Shown: positions 9,514-18,658 of the stretch, piece after piece | Layout of the letters: each line of letters begins with the position of its first letter | How positions within the stretch are numbered: the first letter of the stretch is position 1 | Assembly: GCA_035063585.1 (NCBI GenBank) | Contig: JAPSGB010000004.1 | Location: forward strand, 64,001 to 128,000 | Source of the DNA: Polyangiaceae bacterium | Lineage (GTDB): Bacteria; Myxococcota_A; Polyangia; Polyangiales; Polyangiaceae | DNA length: 64,000 nt | Direction: 5' to 3' | Program-made: the position numbers and the translations under genes | The notes under the pieces: model-generated | Database searches by the model: none | Seen by the model: the letters and a program-made list of their open reading frames with translations, nothing else | What the model was told of the DNA's origin: nothing

Positions 9514-10584
9514 ATGATCGCCCTCCAGGCCGTCCGACCGGAAGCGCTCGCCGCCGCGGCGTCGCCGATGACGCTCGCCGAGGCGCGCAAGCTCGTCTCC
9601 GCGGTCCATCGGCTGGGCGTCCTCCCCGAGCGCGTCCCGCACGTGCGCCGCGCGGCGCTCGAGGTGGCTCGCGCTCGCGGACACCTGCCCGCGCTCCGGC
9701 TGGTCGCCGAGCAGGCGAGCGCGCTCGATCCGTTCGTGAAGCTCGCCTTCGAAGCGCCCGACCAGCGTCGCTTCGAGACGGTCCGCATCCCTCTCGAGCG
9801 GCCCGGGCGGTACAGCGTGTGTGTAAGCTCGCAGGTCGGCTGCGCGCTCGCCTGCACGTTCTGCGCGACCGGCCGCATGGGCCTCGCGCGGAACCTCGAG
9901 ACCTGGGAGATCGTCGAGCAGGTCCGTGAGGTCGATCAGCGGCTCCGGGGTGTCGGTCCGGCGCGAAGCCGCGCGGGGCGGCCGCGCGTGCACGGCGTGG
10001 TCTTCCAGGGCATGGGCGAGCCGCTCGCGAACCTCGACCGCGTCCTCGAGGCGATCGGCGTGCTCACCGAGCCGTCGGCGCTCGCCATCGACGCGCGCGC
10101 CATCACGGTGTCGACCGCGGGGCTCCCCGCCGGGATCCTGCGCCTCGCGCGCGAGGCGCCCCGCGTGCGCCTCGCCGTCTCGATCGGCCACGCCGATTCC
10201 GCGACTCGCCGACAAATCATGCCGGTAACCCGCGCGCACTCGCTCGACGAGGTGCTCGACGCGGCGGCCGGGCACGCGCGCATCACGCGCCTCGCGCCGC
10301 TCTGGGCCATCACGCTGCTCGAGGGCGTGAACGACGCCCGTGAAGACGCGGTGCTGCTCGCTCGGCGCGCGCTCGAGTTCGCCGCCGCGACCGGCGTCAG
10401 GCCGCGCCTCAGCGTGCTCGCGTACAACCCGGACGGTGAGGGCGCGCCCTATCATCGCTCGTCGCCGGAGCGCGAGCGCGCGTTTCGCGAGGCGCTCCAC
10501 GCGGTCGGCGTGCCGACCCATCGGCGTTATAGCGGCGGCAGCGACGTCGCGGCGGCGTGCGGTCAGCTCGCGCTCCGCGAATGA
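9514..10584 (+). CDS. rlmN: RlmN/Cfr-family radical SAM RNA methyltransferase
   Basis: CVSSQVGCALACTFCATG (CxxxCxxC), GMGEPL, ITVSTAG, GVND, C-terminal AACGQL catalytic Cys; may be a paralogue. Confidence 0.8.
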   Translation: MIALQAVRPEALAAAASPMTLAEARKLVSAVHRLGVLPERVPHVRRAALEVARARGHLPALRLVAEQASALDPFVKLAFEAPDQRRFETVRIPLERPGRYSVCVSSQVGCALACTFCATGRMGLARNLETWEIVEQVREVDQRLRGVGPARSRAGRPRVHGVVFQGMGEPLANLDRVLEAIGVLTEPSALAIDARAITVSTAGLPAGILRLAREAPRVRLAVSIGHADSATRRQIMPVTRAHSLDEVLDAAAGHARITRLAPLWAITLLEGVNDAREDAVLLARRALEFAAATGVRPRLSVLAYNPDGEGAPYHRSSPERERAFREALHAVGVPTHRRYSGGSDVAAACGQLALRE

Positions 10585-10597
10585 TGGGGGGCTCGGC

Positions 10598-11044
10598 TCA
10601 CGAGTACGGCGGCTTGCCCTTCGGCCAGTCCGTCGAGATCTGGTGACCGTATAGATCGACCAGGAGCTTTACGGCGTCGGCGTTCTGCATCAAGAAGCGC
10701 ATGTCGCCGCGAATCTTGATCTTGCCGCGGAGCCCGGCCGTGATGGGGTCGAGCTCGCCGGCGGCGATGCCCTCCCACACCGTCGCGGGCGCGGTGAAAC
10801 GAAAATCGAGGCCCTTGCCGTCATGACGACCTTCGAGCGGCTTGTAGTCGGTCACTTCGCCGCCATCTAGGACGATGAGGAAGTCCACCCGCGCCTCGGC
10901 TGGCACGTATGGCGAGGTCGAGTCACCGAGCACCTCGAGCGCCATCGCCATGCGGCGCGTCGGCGCGATCTTCCGAAACTCGGCCGAGCCGTTGATGAGC
11001 TGCTTCATGTCGTCGTACCAAGCCTCGGAATAGATGACGGACAT
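10598..11044 (-). CDS. SCP2 sterol-binding domain protein
   Basis: AAGGAGG RBS before ATG 11044; FTAPATVWEGIAAGELDPITAGLRGKIKIRGDM is an SCP2 signature. Confidence 0.8.
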   Translation of the reverse strand: MSVIYSEAWYDDMKQLINGSAEFRKIAPTRRMAMALEVLGDSTSPYVPAEARVDFLIVLDGGEVTDYKPLEGRHDGKGLDFRFTAPATVWEGIAAGELDPITAGLRGKIKIRGDMRFLMQNADAVKLLVDLYGHQISTDWPKGKPPYS

Positions 11045-11055
11045 CCACGCCTCCT

Positions 11056-11514
11056 TCAGCGGAACACGAGCCATAGCGTCACCACCAAGAGGGCGGCGAC
11101 CATGAGGACGATAGCAACTCCGCGACCCGCTCGGGATTCTTGGATCTTGAGGAGCTCGGAGACCCTCCACAAGAAGAGCGCGTCGCCGGGGCCGCAACGG
11201 ACCGAGATCTTACCGCCGAGCAGGAGCGAGCCCATGCTCTCTTCACCCGAGAGCAGGTGCGCGACCGAGAGGAAATCTCCCTTGATCCAGGGCCACGTCG
11301 CGCGCTCCGAGTCCGCGATGTCGATCCGTTCGCCGCCGAAGCTGACCCGAACTCGCACCGACGAGTCCTCGACCGCGAGCACGGTGACGGCCCCGCGGAT
11401 CCGCTCGGCCGCGCGCCGCTTCTCCTCCGAGGCCTCGAGCGTCTGTTCGAGGTACTGGTGGAGCAGATCGGCGAGCCCGCTGGCGCTCTCGGCGCCCTCG
11501 AGGACGACGCTCAC
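11056..11514 (-). CDS. SCP2-like protein with C-terminal membrane anchor
   Basis: GTGA overlap with upstream stop; IKGDFLSVAHLLSGE...LLLGGKISVR is SCP2-like; hydrophobic C-terminus. Confidence 0.55.
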   Translation of the reverse strand: MSVVLEGAESASGLADLLHQYLEQTLEASEEKRRAAERIRGAVTVLAVEDSSVRVRVSFGGERIDIADSERATWPWIKGDFLSVAHLLSGEESMGSLLLGGKISVRCGPGDALFLWRVSELLKIQESRAGRGVAIVLMVAALLVVTLWLVFR

Positions 11515-13124
11515 ACCTCGTCCCACCAGCGCTCCATCCCGAAGTCCTCCGCGATCACTCGGAGGCAGTTGTACCCTGGCGCGAAGGTGATGTAGCCGTG
11601 CGGATGCTGCGAAGCGCCGCACATGTAGAGCCCGGAGATGGGCGTCCGGTAGTTGGCGAGCTCCTCGGTCGGACGGCGCTCGAGCAGGTTCTTCGGGTGG
11701 ACGCGCCCCACCATCCAGTCCCCGAACCGGTAGTTGATCATCTTCTCGGCGATGTCGAGCGGTGTCTCGACCGCCGTCTTCCGAGTGAGGCCCTCCGGGT
11801 TCGCGCACTCCTTCATCCACCGCGCGAGCACCTCTCTTCCGAACTCGGGGCCGCGCCGCTCCCACGCCTCGGCGCCGCCTTCGGCGAGCGTGAAGGGCGC
11901 GAACACTCGCACGAGTCCGGTCGCCTTACCCGGGGGCGCGTCGGTCGGGTCGTAGAGCGAGTTCACCGCGACGTTGAGGCGGAGCTTCTCGGGGAGCCTG
12001 CCCTGTCGGATCGCGGAGAACTCGTCGTCGAAATCGGCGAGCGAATCGAACCCGACGTTCAGGATCCACGCGCGATCGATGTCAGGATCGAACGCGGCAG
12101 CGTGGTAGCGCGGCAGCCCGTTCATCGAGGTGTGCAAGTTGAAGAGCGTCGCGTCCTGGTACTCGACCTGCTCGACCTCGCGCAGCGTGCGCTCGGGGAC
12201 GCGCTCCGGCGGGAGGAGCTTCTGGAAGGTCTGGTTCACGTCGATGCTCGAGGCGACCAGCTTGTGCGCCCGGACGAAGCCGCTCGGTGTGCGGACACCG
12301 ATGGCGCGGCCGTCTTCCACGACAATTTCCTCGACCGGGACCTGCGGAAACACGCGCCCGCCCGCGCGCACGATGACGCGCATCAGCGCGTGCGCGAGGC
12401 GGTGGCTCCCGCCGAGGCAGAGGTGCCAGTTCGTGATCTTGCCGAGCAGGACCGGGTAGCTCACCGCGAGCCCCTTGACGTGCGGCTGGTAAGCGCAGAT
12501 GGCCGCGTGGAACGCCAGCATCGCCTTGATGCGATCGTTCTCGAAGTGGCGGTTCAGGAAATCCGCGACCGACATGCTCCGAAGCCGCGCCGTCAGGAAT
12601 TCCGTGCGATCCTCCACGCCCCACGAGGCGAGCGCGCGGGTGAGATCGCGGAGGCTGATGGGCGGCGCGAACATCAGCGTCCGCACCATCAAGTCCATGA
12701 AGCCGCTCACCTCGTCGTAGAGACGCATCCAGGTATCGGCGTCCTTCTTCGAGAAGCGCGCGAAGCTCTGGTAGGTCTTGGCCATGTCCGTGTGGATGGT
12801 CATGGCGGTCCCGTCGGTGAAGATGCTGCCCATCTGCACCTCGGGGTGCGCGTACTCGACGCCGTTGTCGAGGAGCGCGAGGTCGTCATAGACGGGGCTC
12901 AAGCCGACCAGCGAGTGATAGTTCGAGTGCAGGTTGTGGAGAAAGGCGGGCTCGGTCACCTCCTCGGTGCAGAGCCCGCCCCCCTCCTCGGTGCGGCGCT
13001 CGAGCACGGCAACGCTCCAGCCGCTCTTGGCGAGATAGCCGGCGAGCGCCATGCCGTTGTGGCCGGCGCCGATTACGACGGCGTCGAAGCCGCCTTCGAA
13101 CATGGGGGCGGTCGCGTCGGTCAT
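11511..13124 (-). CDS. Phytoene dehydrogenase-like (COG1233) FAD-dependent oxidoreductase, second of pair
   Basis: VIGAGHNG, LERRTEEGG, GGSHRLAHAL, YRTPISGLYMCGASQHP. Confidence 0.85.
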   Translation of the reverse strand: MTDATAPMFEGGFDAVVIGAGHNGMALAGYLAKSGWSVAVLERRTEEGGGLCTEEVTEPAFLHNLHSNYHSLVGLSPVYDDLALLDNGVEYAHPEVQMGSIFTDGTAMTIHTDMAKTYQSFARFSKKDADTWMRLYDEVSGFMDLMVRTLMFAPPISLRDLTRALASWGVEDRTEFLTARLRSMSVADFLNRHFENDRIKAMLAFHAAICAYQPHVKGLAVSYPVLLGKITNWHLCLGGSHRLAHALMRVIVRAGGRVFPQVPVEEIVVEDGRAIGVRTPSGFVRAHKLVASSIDVNQTFQKLLPPERVPERTLREVEQVEYQDATLFNLHTSMNGLPRYHAAAFDPDIDRAWILNVGFDSLADFDDEFSAIRQGRLPEKLRLNVAVNSLYDPTDAPPGKATGLVRVFAPFTLAEGGAEAWERRGPEFGREVLARWMKECANPEGLTRKTAVETPLDIAEKMINYRFGDWMVGRVHPKNLLERRPTEELANYRTPISGLYMCGASQHPHGYITFAPGYNCLRVIAEDFGMERWWDEV

Positions 13125-14752
13125 CAGTAAAACCTCGTGGGGCTCTGCCAGCTCGGCGGGAGCCCGAAGTCCTCACACATCACCTTGAAGCAGTTGTAGC
13201 CGCAGGCGGCGGTGACCCCGCCGCCCGGGTGGGTACAGCTCCCCGCCAGATAGAGCCCCGGGATCTCGGTGCTGTGGTGCGACGCGCCGGCGAAGGGACG
13301 GAGCCCGGTGAGCTGGTCGATGCTCATGCGACCGTGGCTGAAATCCCCCTCGCGCATCCGCATGCTGCGCTCGTGGTCGAGCGGAGTGTGGAGCGAGTGC
13401 GCGATGATGTTGTCGCGCGTCATGTTGGGGGCAAACTCCGCGTAGAGGTCGAGGAAGCGGTCGTTGTACGTCTCGCGAACGTTCTCCCAACCCGCCTCGT
13501 CGAGCGCGCTGGCGCGCGGAAAGAAGTACCACCCGGTGAGGTTGTGCTTGCCGGCGGGCGCCTGCGTCGAATCCCAGAGCGAGTTCACCCAGATGGCGGC
13601 GGCCGGGAGCCGCGGCACGCGGTCGTCGTGCGCGTCACGGCAGTAATCGAGCACGTCCTTCGCGGAGTCGTAGCCGACGATCTGGTACCAGGCGCGATCG
13701 ATCCCGGGATCGTGCGCTGCGGACTTGTAGTGCGGTGGCTCGTGGAGCGCGACCGCGATCGAGCCGAGCACCTGATCCGGGCCGTCCTTGAAGTTCTCGG
13801 TCCGGCGCCGATAGTAGTCGGAGAGGTGCTCCGAGCCGACCAGATCGAGGAGGGTGTCCTTGAGACCGATCGCGCTCACCACGGCGCGCCGCGCGCGATA
13901 CACCGAGCCGCCGTGGAGCTCCACCCCGACCGCTCTACCGTCCTCCACGAGGATCCGCTTCACGCGGCTCGACTCCCGCATGGTGACGCCCTGGCGCAGA
14001 CACGCGGTCACCATGGCGCCGTTCAGGCGATGGGTGCCGCCCACGATCATGCGCCAGCAACCGGGCATGAACAGGCAGGAGAAGAGGAACGCGTAGCCGG
14101 ACGCCGGCCACTCGAGCGAGGAGGCGCCGAACTCGATGGACACGCGATAAAAGAGCGCGCGGATCTCATCAGCCTCGAAGGTCTCGTCGATGCAGTCGCG
14201 CACCGACTTGAACGCGAGCTCCTCGTCGAGGCCGAACCAGCTGAACCCGGAGCCCATCATGATGAACGGGTTCGGGAGCGGCTCGCCCACCTTCCACGGC
14301 AGCGGCGGCGTGTAGAGGCTCGACGCCATCATCGGCTCCATCATGTTCGCGATGGGCTTCAGCCGCCGCCAGGTGTCGGCGTCCTTCTTCGAGTAGCGCT
14401 CGAAGCTCCGCGCGGTCTCCTCGACCAGCTCGTTGCGATAGATGAGCACCGGCGGGCGGCCGTCGCGGAACGCGATGCCTGCCTGAATGTCCGGGTAGAT
14501 GGTGCGCGCGCCGAGCTTCTCCAGCTCGAAATCGGAGAAGAACGGCATCACATGGAGGAACTCCATGAAGTTCGCGTGGATGTTGTGACAGAAGCCGGGG
14601 CGGGTGGACTCCGCCGTGTACACCGCGCCTCCCCACTCGTGGCGCCCCTCGAGCACGCACACGTCGAGCCCGGCGCGCGCGAGGTACGCGGCGCAGGTGA
14701 GCCCATGGTGACCTCCTCCCACTATGACGACGTCGTGCTCGCGATGCTCCAT
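13124..14752 (-). CDS. Phytoene dehydrogenase-like (COG1233) FAD-dependent oxidoreductase, first of pair
   Basis: IVGGGHHGLTCAAYL, GGTHRL, TEIPGLYLAGSCTHPGGGVTAACGYN; TGATG overlap with the next gene. Confidence 0.85.
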   Translation of the reverse strand: MEHREHDVVIVGGGHHGLTCAAYLARAGLDVCVLEGRHEWGGAVYTAESTRPGFCHNIHANFMEFLHVMPFFSDFELEKLGARTIYPDIQAGIAFRDGRPPVLIYRNELVEETARSFERYSKKDADTWRRLKPIANMMEPMMASSLYTPPLPWKVGEPLPNPFIMMGSGFSWFGLDEELAFKSVRDCIDETFEADEIRALFYRVSIEFGASSLEWPASGYAFLFSCLFMPGCWRMIVGGTHRLNGAMVTACLRQGVTMRESSRVKRILVEDGRAVGVELHGGSVYRARRAVVSAIGLKDTLLDLVGSEHLSDYYRRRTENFKDGPDQVLGSIAVALHEPPHYKSAAHDPGIDRAWYQIVGYDSAKDVLDYCRDAHDDRVPRLPAAAIWVNSLWDSTQAPAGKHNLTGWYFFPRASALDEAGWENVRETYNDRFLDLYAEFAPNMTRDNIIAHSLHTPLDHERSMRMREGDFSHGRMSIDQLTGLRPFAGASHHSTEIPGLYLAGSCTHPGGGVTAACGYNCFKVMCEDFGLPPSWQSPTRFY

Positions 14753-14932
14753 TGGGCCGCGAGTATCAGGGCAGGATCGCCGGCGCCGCGATGATGGAAG
14801 TCAACTTGAGCCCCATCAAGGCACCGGGCGCAGGGCGCGCGAGCCGCGCTTCACGGCGACCGCCCCCGGGACGTCTCCGCGCTCGCCGGGAGCGCGGAGC
14901 TCTCTGGTCCTGAGCCGCGCCGCCGAGCGCGC

Positions 14933-16207
14933 TCAGTCGCCCGAGCCGCCAGCCCCGCCGCCGCCGTCGCTCACCGGTGGCGACGCGTCCGCGCCGCCGT
15001 CGGCGGGACACCCAGGCAACGACACCGGGTCCCGAGGCGCTCCCGCGAACTTCGCCTGCGCCGCCTCGAACCCAATACCGACGCTGAGCGAATCGCACCG
15101 CTCGCTGTCATCGTTCACCCCGTTCCAGATCACGTCCGCGTTCAGCCCGAGTTGCCCGGTGGCGAGCGCGTAGAGCGGGTGCCCAGGACACAGGCCGAGC
15201 TGACCGAAGGACTCGATCAGATCGGAGCTGCGAGCGCGACCGGCGATGGTGCCGTCCGAGATGCGCCACTCACCGTCCACCTGCTCGAGCTTGCCGACCA
15301 CGAACCCGCGCTGGAGCTTGAGCGGGTACGCCCACGCGGCAGATTTACCGGGGAACCAGAAGAGCGTGTTCTCCGGGAGCTGCGCGACGATGTACCCCTC
15401 GCGAACGTACGCGCTCGGATCGTTCAAGTTGGCGGGGGGCAGGCTCTCGCCGGTGAGCGTCCCGTCATAAGTGCCGGTCTGGATCGTGAAGCGGTCGTCT
15501 ATCGTCCAGCATCCGTTCTTCTTCCACGAGCCGACCGGGGCATCCATGTCGCACTTCCAGGCGCCGCGCTCCTTCTCGAGGCCCGGAGACGGATAGAGGT
15601 CGACCCGAACGCTATCGTCATTCGGTTGCCCGTTCCACTTGGTAACCCGAAACACGAAGTTATAGTCACCCTTGCAGAGCGCGCAGTCGAAGGCGTCGTT
15701 GCTGAGCCCGAAGTCCTTCCCGATCCCTTGCAGCGACACCGCGTCCGCCTCGAGGTGCCCGAAGGTGTTGTCTCGACACTCATTGCCATCGGGGCTCTGG
15801 CCAGTGGCCGGATCGCACGCGAAGGCCTCGTCGTTGGACTTACAGGTGGGCGACAGACTGCAGAGTCCATCGAGATCGAACCCGAGGTTCTTCCACGCTC
15901 CGTCGGTCGGCTCGCCCTTGCGGTCGAGCGAGCCGAGCGCCATCGAGCGGAGCGCGAACACCAGCTCGCCCACGTCCCCGGACGGGGTGTTCTTCGGCCG
16001 GTCTTCGACCGTCGGCATCCCGGCGGACACGCACCCGTCCGCTCGCTTGTACGACCACCAGCCGAGCCCGCTGCCCCACTGGTCCCGCGGGATGGGCGCG
16101 CCCTTCGCGTGCTCGGACTTCAGCAGGGACTCGCTGTAGACGTCGCAGGCCAACGGCACGAAGAGCCCGGTGAGGAGCAGCGCCAAGAGCCAACGAACAC
16201 CACGCAT
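14933..16207 (-). CDS. Cys-rich myxobacterial lipoprotein, function unknown
   Basis: Signal peptide with lipobox VPLAC; GFDLDG, DNTFG, CDSLSVGIGF; many Cys residues. Confidence 0.75.
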   Translation of the reverse strand: MRGVRWLLALLLTGLFVPLACDVYSESLLKSEHAKGAPIPRDQWGSGLGWWSYKRADGCVSAGMPTVEDRPKNTPSGDVGELVFALRSMALGSLDRKGEPTDGAWKNLGFDLDGLCSLSPTCKSNDEAFACDPATGQSPDGNECRDNTFGHLEADAVSLQGIGKDFGLSNDAFDCALCKGDYNFVFRVTKWNGQPNDDSVRVDLYPSPGLEKERGAWKCDMDAPVGSWKKNGCWTIDDRFTIQTGTYDGTLTGESLPPANLNDPSAYVREGYIVAQLPENTLFWFPGKSAAWAYPLKLQRGFVVGKLEQVDGEWRISDGTIAGRARSSDLIESFGQLGLCPGHPLYALATGQLGLNADVIWNGVNDDSERCDSLSVGIGFEAAQAKFAGAPRDPVSLPGCPADGGADASPPVSDGGGGAGGSGD

Positions 16208-16454
16208 GACGCCGCAGCCTACCGCAAATCGCTCCCGCGCGGACGGATTCTCGGCCTCCCTCCTGGTCCTGCGCGCCTGCGCGGGCCGAGCCGAATTAGA
16301 AGCGCGTTCGGCGAGGGAGTCCCGCGCGCGAGTCGCCTCGCGCTCCCGAGCATGCTCCGCAGAGGAGGGGGGCGAGCTTGCCGGTCCGGCGCGGAATCCC
16401 TCCGGGCGGTCGCCGCGGGGCGCGGGGGACGGCGGCGCGAGCCTCGAGCGCGCC

Positions 16455-17984
16455 TCAGCCGAGGCTCGCCGAGAGCTTGGCAGAGAGGTAGCGCGAGACG
16501 GTGATGATGGGTGTCATCGTGTGGGTCGACGAGGTTGAGGGGAAACCCGACGAGTCGAAGACGTAGACGCCGCGCGTGCCATAGACGCAGCCATCGGGAT
16601 CGGCGGCGCCGCGGCTCGCCGAGGCCGCGAAGCGCACCCCGCCCTGCTGGTGCGCCGACAGGAGGGGGGCCGTCGCAGGCTCGAGCGTGAGCGCGTCGAC
16701 GCGGTCGAGGTCCGCCTCGGAGCGCAGCTCGATGGGCCGCGAGGCGGGGACGAGGACCCGAGTCGCCCCCGCGGCGAGGTAGATCCGGGCCGCGACCCTT
16801 ACCGCCTCGCGCATGCGCTGCTTGTGCTCCGCGCTCTGCTGGTAGCGCACCACCGGGCGGCCGGCGTTCGACACCTCGACCGTCCCGGTTGCCTCATCCG
16901 GCACCAGGCAGAGCGCGGCCGCGACGTGCGCGTACGTGGTCATGAGCGTCTTTCCCTCGGCACCCGTGAAGGGGAAGAGGGTCGAGACGATCCCGGGAGT
17001 GCCCATGATGGCCTCGATGCGAAACCCGGAGAGGCCTCGCTCCGCGTCGATGCGCTCGTGGTGTGTGACCGCGTAAGCCTGCGGAATTCCGCGAAAGGCG
17101 TCCACGCGCTCGTCGAACAGACCCGTCACCGGGATCTGCGGCTGCAGTGACACGTCACGACCGACTCGCGAGTTACCGAGCCCGGAGCGGAGCAGGAGGG
17201 CCGCGCTGCCAATCGCGTTCGCCGCCAAGATGACGATCTTCGCCCGCACCTCGAAGTCACGTTGCTCGTGATACCCGCGCGGATCGAGCGTCCGCGCGCG
17301 CACGCGCTTCAGCTCGCGCGTCCCGTCGTCGATGCGGACCGCGCGCGCCCGGGTGAAGAAGCGCACGCCCACCTCCAGGGCGCGCGGTATCGAGACGAAG
17401 CGGGGGTTACGCTTGGCGTTCGCGGGGCAGCCGATGAGGCAAGTGCCGAGCCCGATGCACCCGACCCGGTTGTGCATCATGTTCTCCCCGCGCAGGCCGA
17501 GCGCCTCTGCGCCCGAGCGGAGCAGCTGGTTGGCTCGGTTGAGCTGGCTGTCGAGGATGCGCGAAGCCGAGAGATCTTCGAGCGCGGCCGCACGGTGTGG
17601 CGAGAGCGCCGCCTCCGTGAACTCGGTGAGCCCGTGGCGACGCCGCCAAAACTCGAGCACGCCGTCCGGGATCGGTACCACGTCGCAGGCGTTGATGACG
17701 CCACCACCGCCGAGCACGCGCCCTTGCAGGATCGAGACCGCGCGATTGTCCGTCATGCGGCCGCCGCGGTCCATGTAGAGCTGATCGTACATCGCGCCGT
17801 CGCGCTGGGTGAGCTCGGGGCCCGTGTAGTCTCCTCCCTCCTCGAGCACGACCACCTCGTGCCCTGCCTCGGCGAGCACGCGCGCCGCGGTCGCGCCGCC
17901 GCATCCGGAGCCGATGACGCAGATCTCGGCGTCGACTCGCCGAGGCTCGGTTCGCCGCGAGAGATCGACGAGCTCCCCGCTCAC
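16455..17984 (-). CDS. GMC-family oxidoreductase (long-chain alcohol oxidase/dehydrogenase-like)
   Basis: GTGA overlap start; VIGSGCGG, VLGGGGVIN, CIGLGTCLIGC, SAHQQGG, GVYVFDSSGFP. Confidence 0.85.
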   Translation of the reverse strand: MSGELVDLSRRTEPRRVDAEICVIGSGCGGATAARVLAEAGHEVVVLEEGGDYTGPELTQRDGAMYDQLYMDRGGRMTDNRAVSILQGRVLGGGGVINACDVVPIPDGVLEFWRRRHGLTEFTEAALSPHRAAALEDLSASRILDSQLNRANQLLRSGAEALGLRGENMMHNRVGCIGLGTCLIGCPANAKRNPRFVSIPRALEVGVRFFTRARAVRIDDGTRELKRVRARTLDPRGYHEQRDFEVRAKIVILAANAIGSAALLLRSGLGNSRVGRDVSLQPQIPVTGLFDERVDAFRGIPQAYAVTHHERIDAERGLSGFRIEAIMGTPGIVSTLFPFTGAEGKTLMTTYAHVAAALCLVPDEATGTVEVSNAGRPVVRYQQSAEHKQRMREAVRVAARIYLAAGATRVLVPASRPIELRSEADLDRVDALTLEPATAPLLSAHQQGGVRFAASASRGAADPDGCVYGTRGVYVFDSSGFPSTSSTHTMTPIITVSRYLSAKLSASLG

Positions 17985-18505
17985 CGGTGGCTCCGCGTGG
18001 AGAAGGACGGCCCCGGGTAGCCGATGGCGGGCCAGACCGCGCGATGATCGTAGTAGACGAGCGAGAGGAACCGCTTGAGTGAGCCCGCTATCTGACGCCG
18101 AATGAGCGAGTCGCTCGAGAGCCAGCTCTCCCACTCCTCGAGCTGCTCGGCGCGCGAGAGGTTCGAAAAGGTGGCCAGCCGGCGGTCGAACAGGAGCGGC
18201 CCGAATTCGAACAGCGCGAGCGCTTGCTTCGCTTCCCGCTGCACGTCCGGCGGCTCGTCGGCGAGGTAGCCGTCGAACGCGCGCGCGAGGTCGAGCTCGT
18301 CAGCGCCCGGCGTGATGGCCCCACCCGGCGGCAAGTGCGCGCGCGCCACCGCGGCGAGCGTGCGATATTCGGCGTCACCGAGGATGCGGAGCCCCGCGAC
18401 CCGGGGCGCGCTACCGCGGAGCCCGAGGAGCGCGCCACCGCTGGCGAGCGCGGTCGCCGTGAGCCCGAGCCCGAGCAGGAGCACGCGCCGGCGCGTCACC
18501 GACAT
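17981..18505 (-). CDS. Gluconate 2-dehydrogenase subunit 3-like protein with Tat-type signal
   Basis: TRRRVLL N-terminus; FSNLSRAEQ, YY...W.AIGYPGP C-terminal motif; translationally coupled to the GMC gene. Confidence 0.75.
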   Translation of the reverse strand: MSVTRRRVLLLGLGLTATALASGGALLGLRGSAPRVAGLRILGDAEYRTLAAVARAHLPPGGAITPGADELDLARAFDGYLADEPPDVQREAKQALALFEFGPLLFDRRLATFSNLSRAEQLEEWESWLSSDSLIRRQIAGSLKRFLSLVYYDHRAVWPAIGYPGPSFSTRSHR

Positions 18506-18658
18506 GATCGACCGCGGTGGCTCCGGCGAGCGTGGAAGGGTAGGAGCCGGGGCTCGAGCGCCGCGCGGGCGTTCGAGGGGATTCGGCGATTTCTACGCGG
18601 ATCGCGACCGCGCAGGTAGGGTCCCGGGCGCGTGGCACTTCTGATAGGCTGACGAGCC

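Noticed and set aside
9514..10584. Cfr antibiotic-resistance methyltransferase
   Set aside because: Cannot be separated from RlmN paralogues by eye and there is no mobile context; needs phylogeny
16378..16398. Dispersed motif as a sigma54 promoter
   Set aside because: GG-N10-GC spacing is not consistently met, and copies also lie between convergent genes
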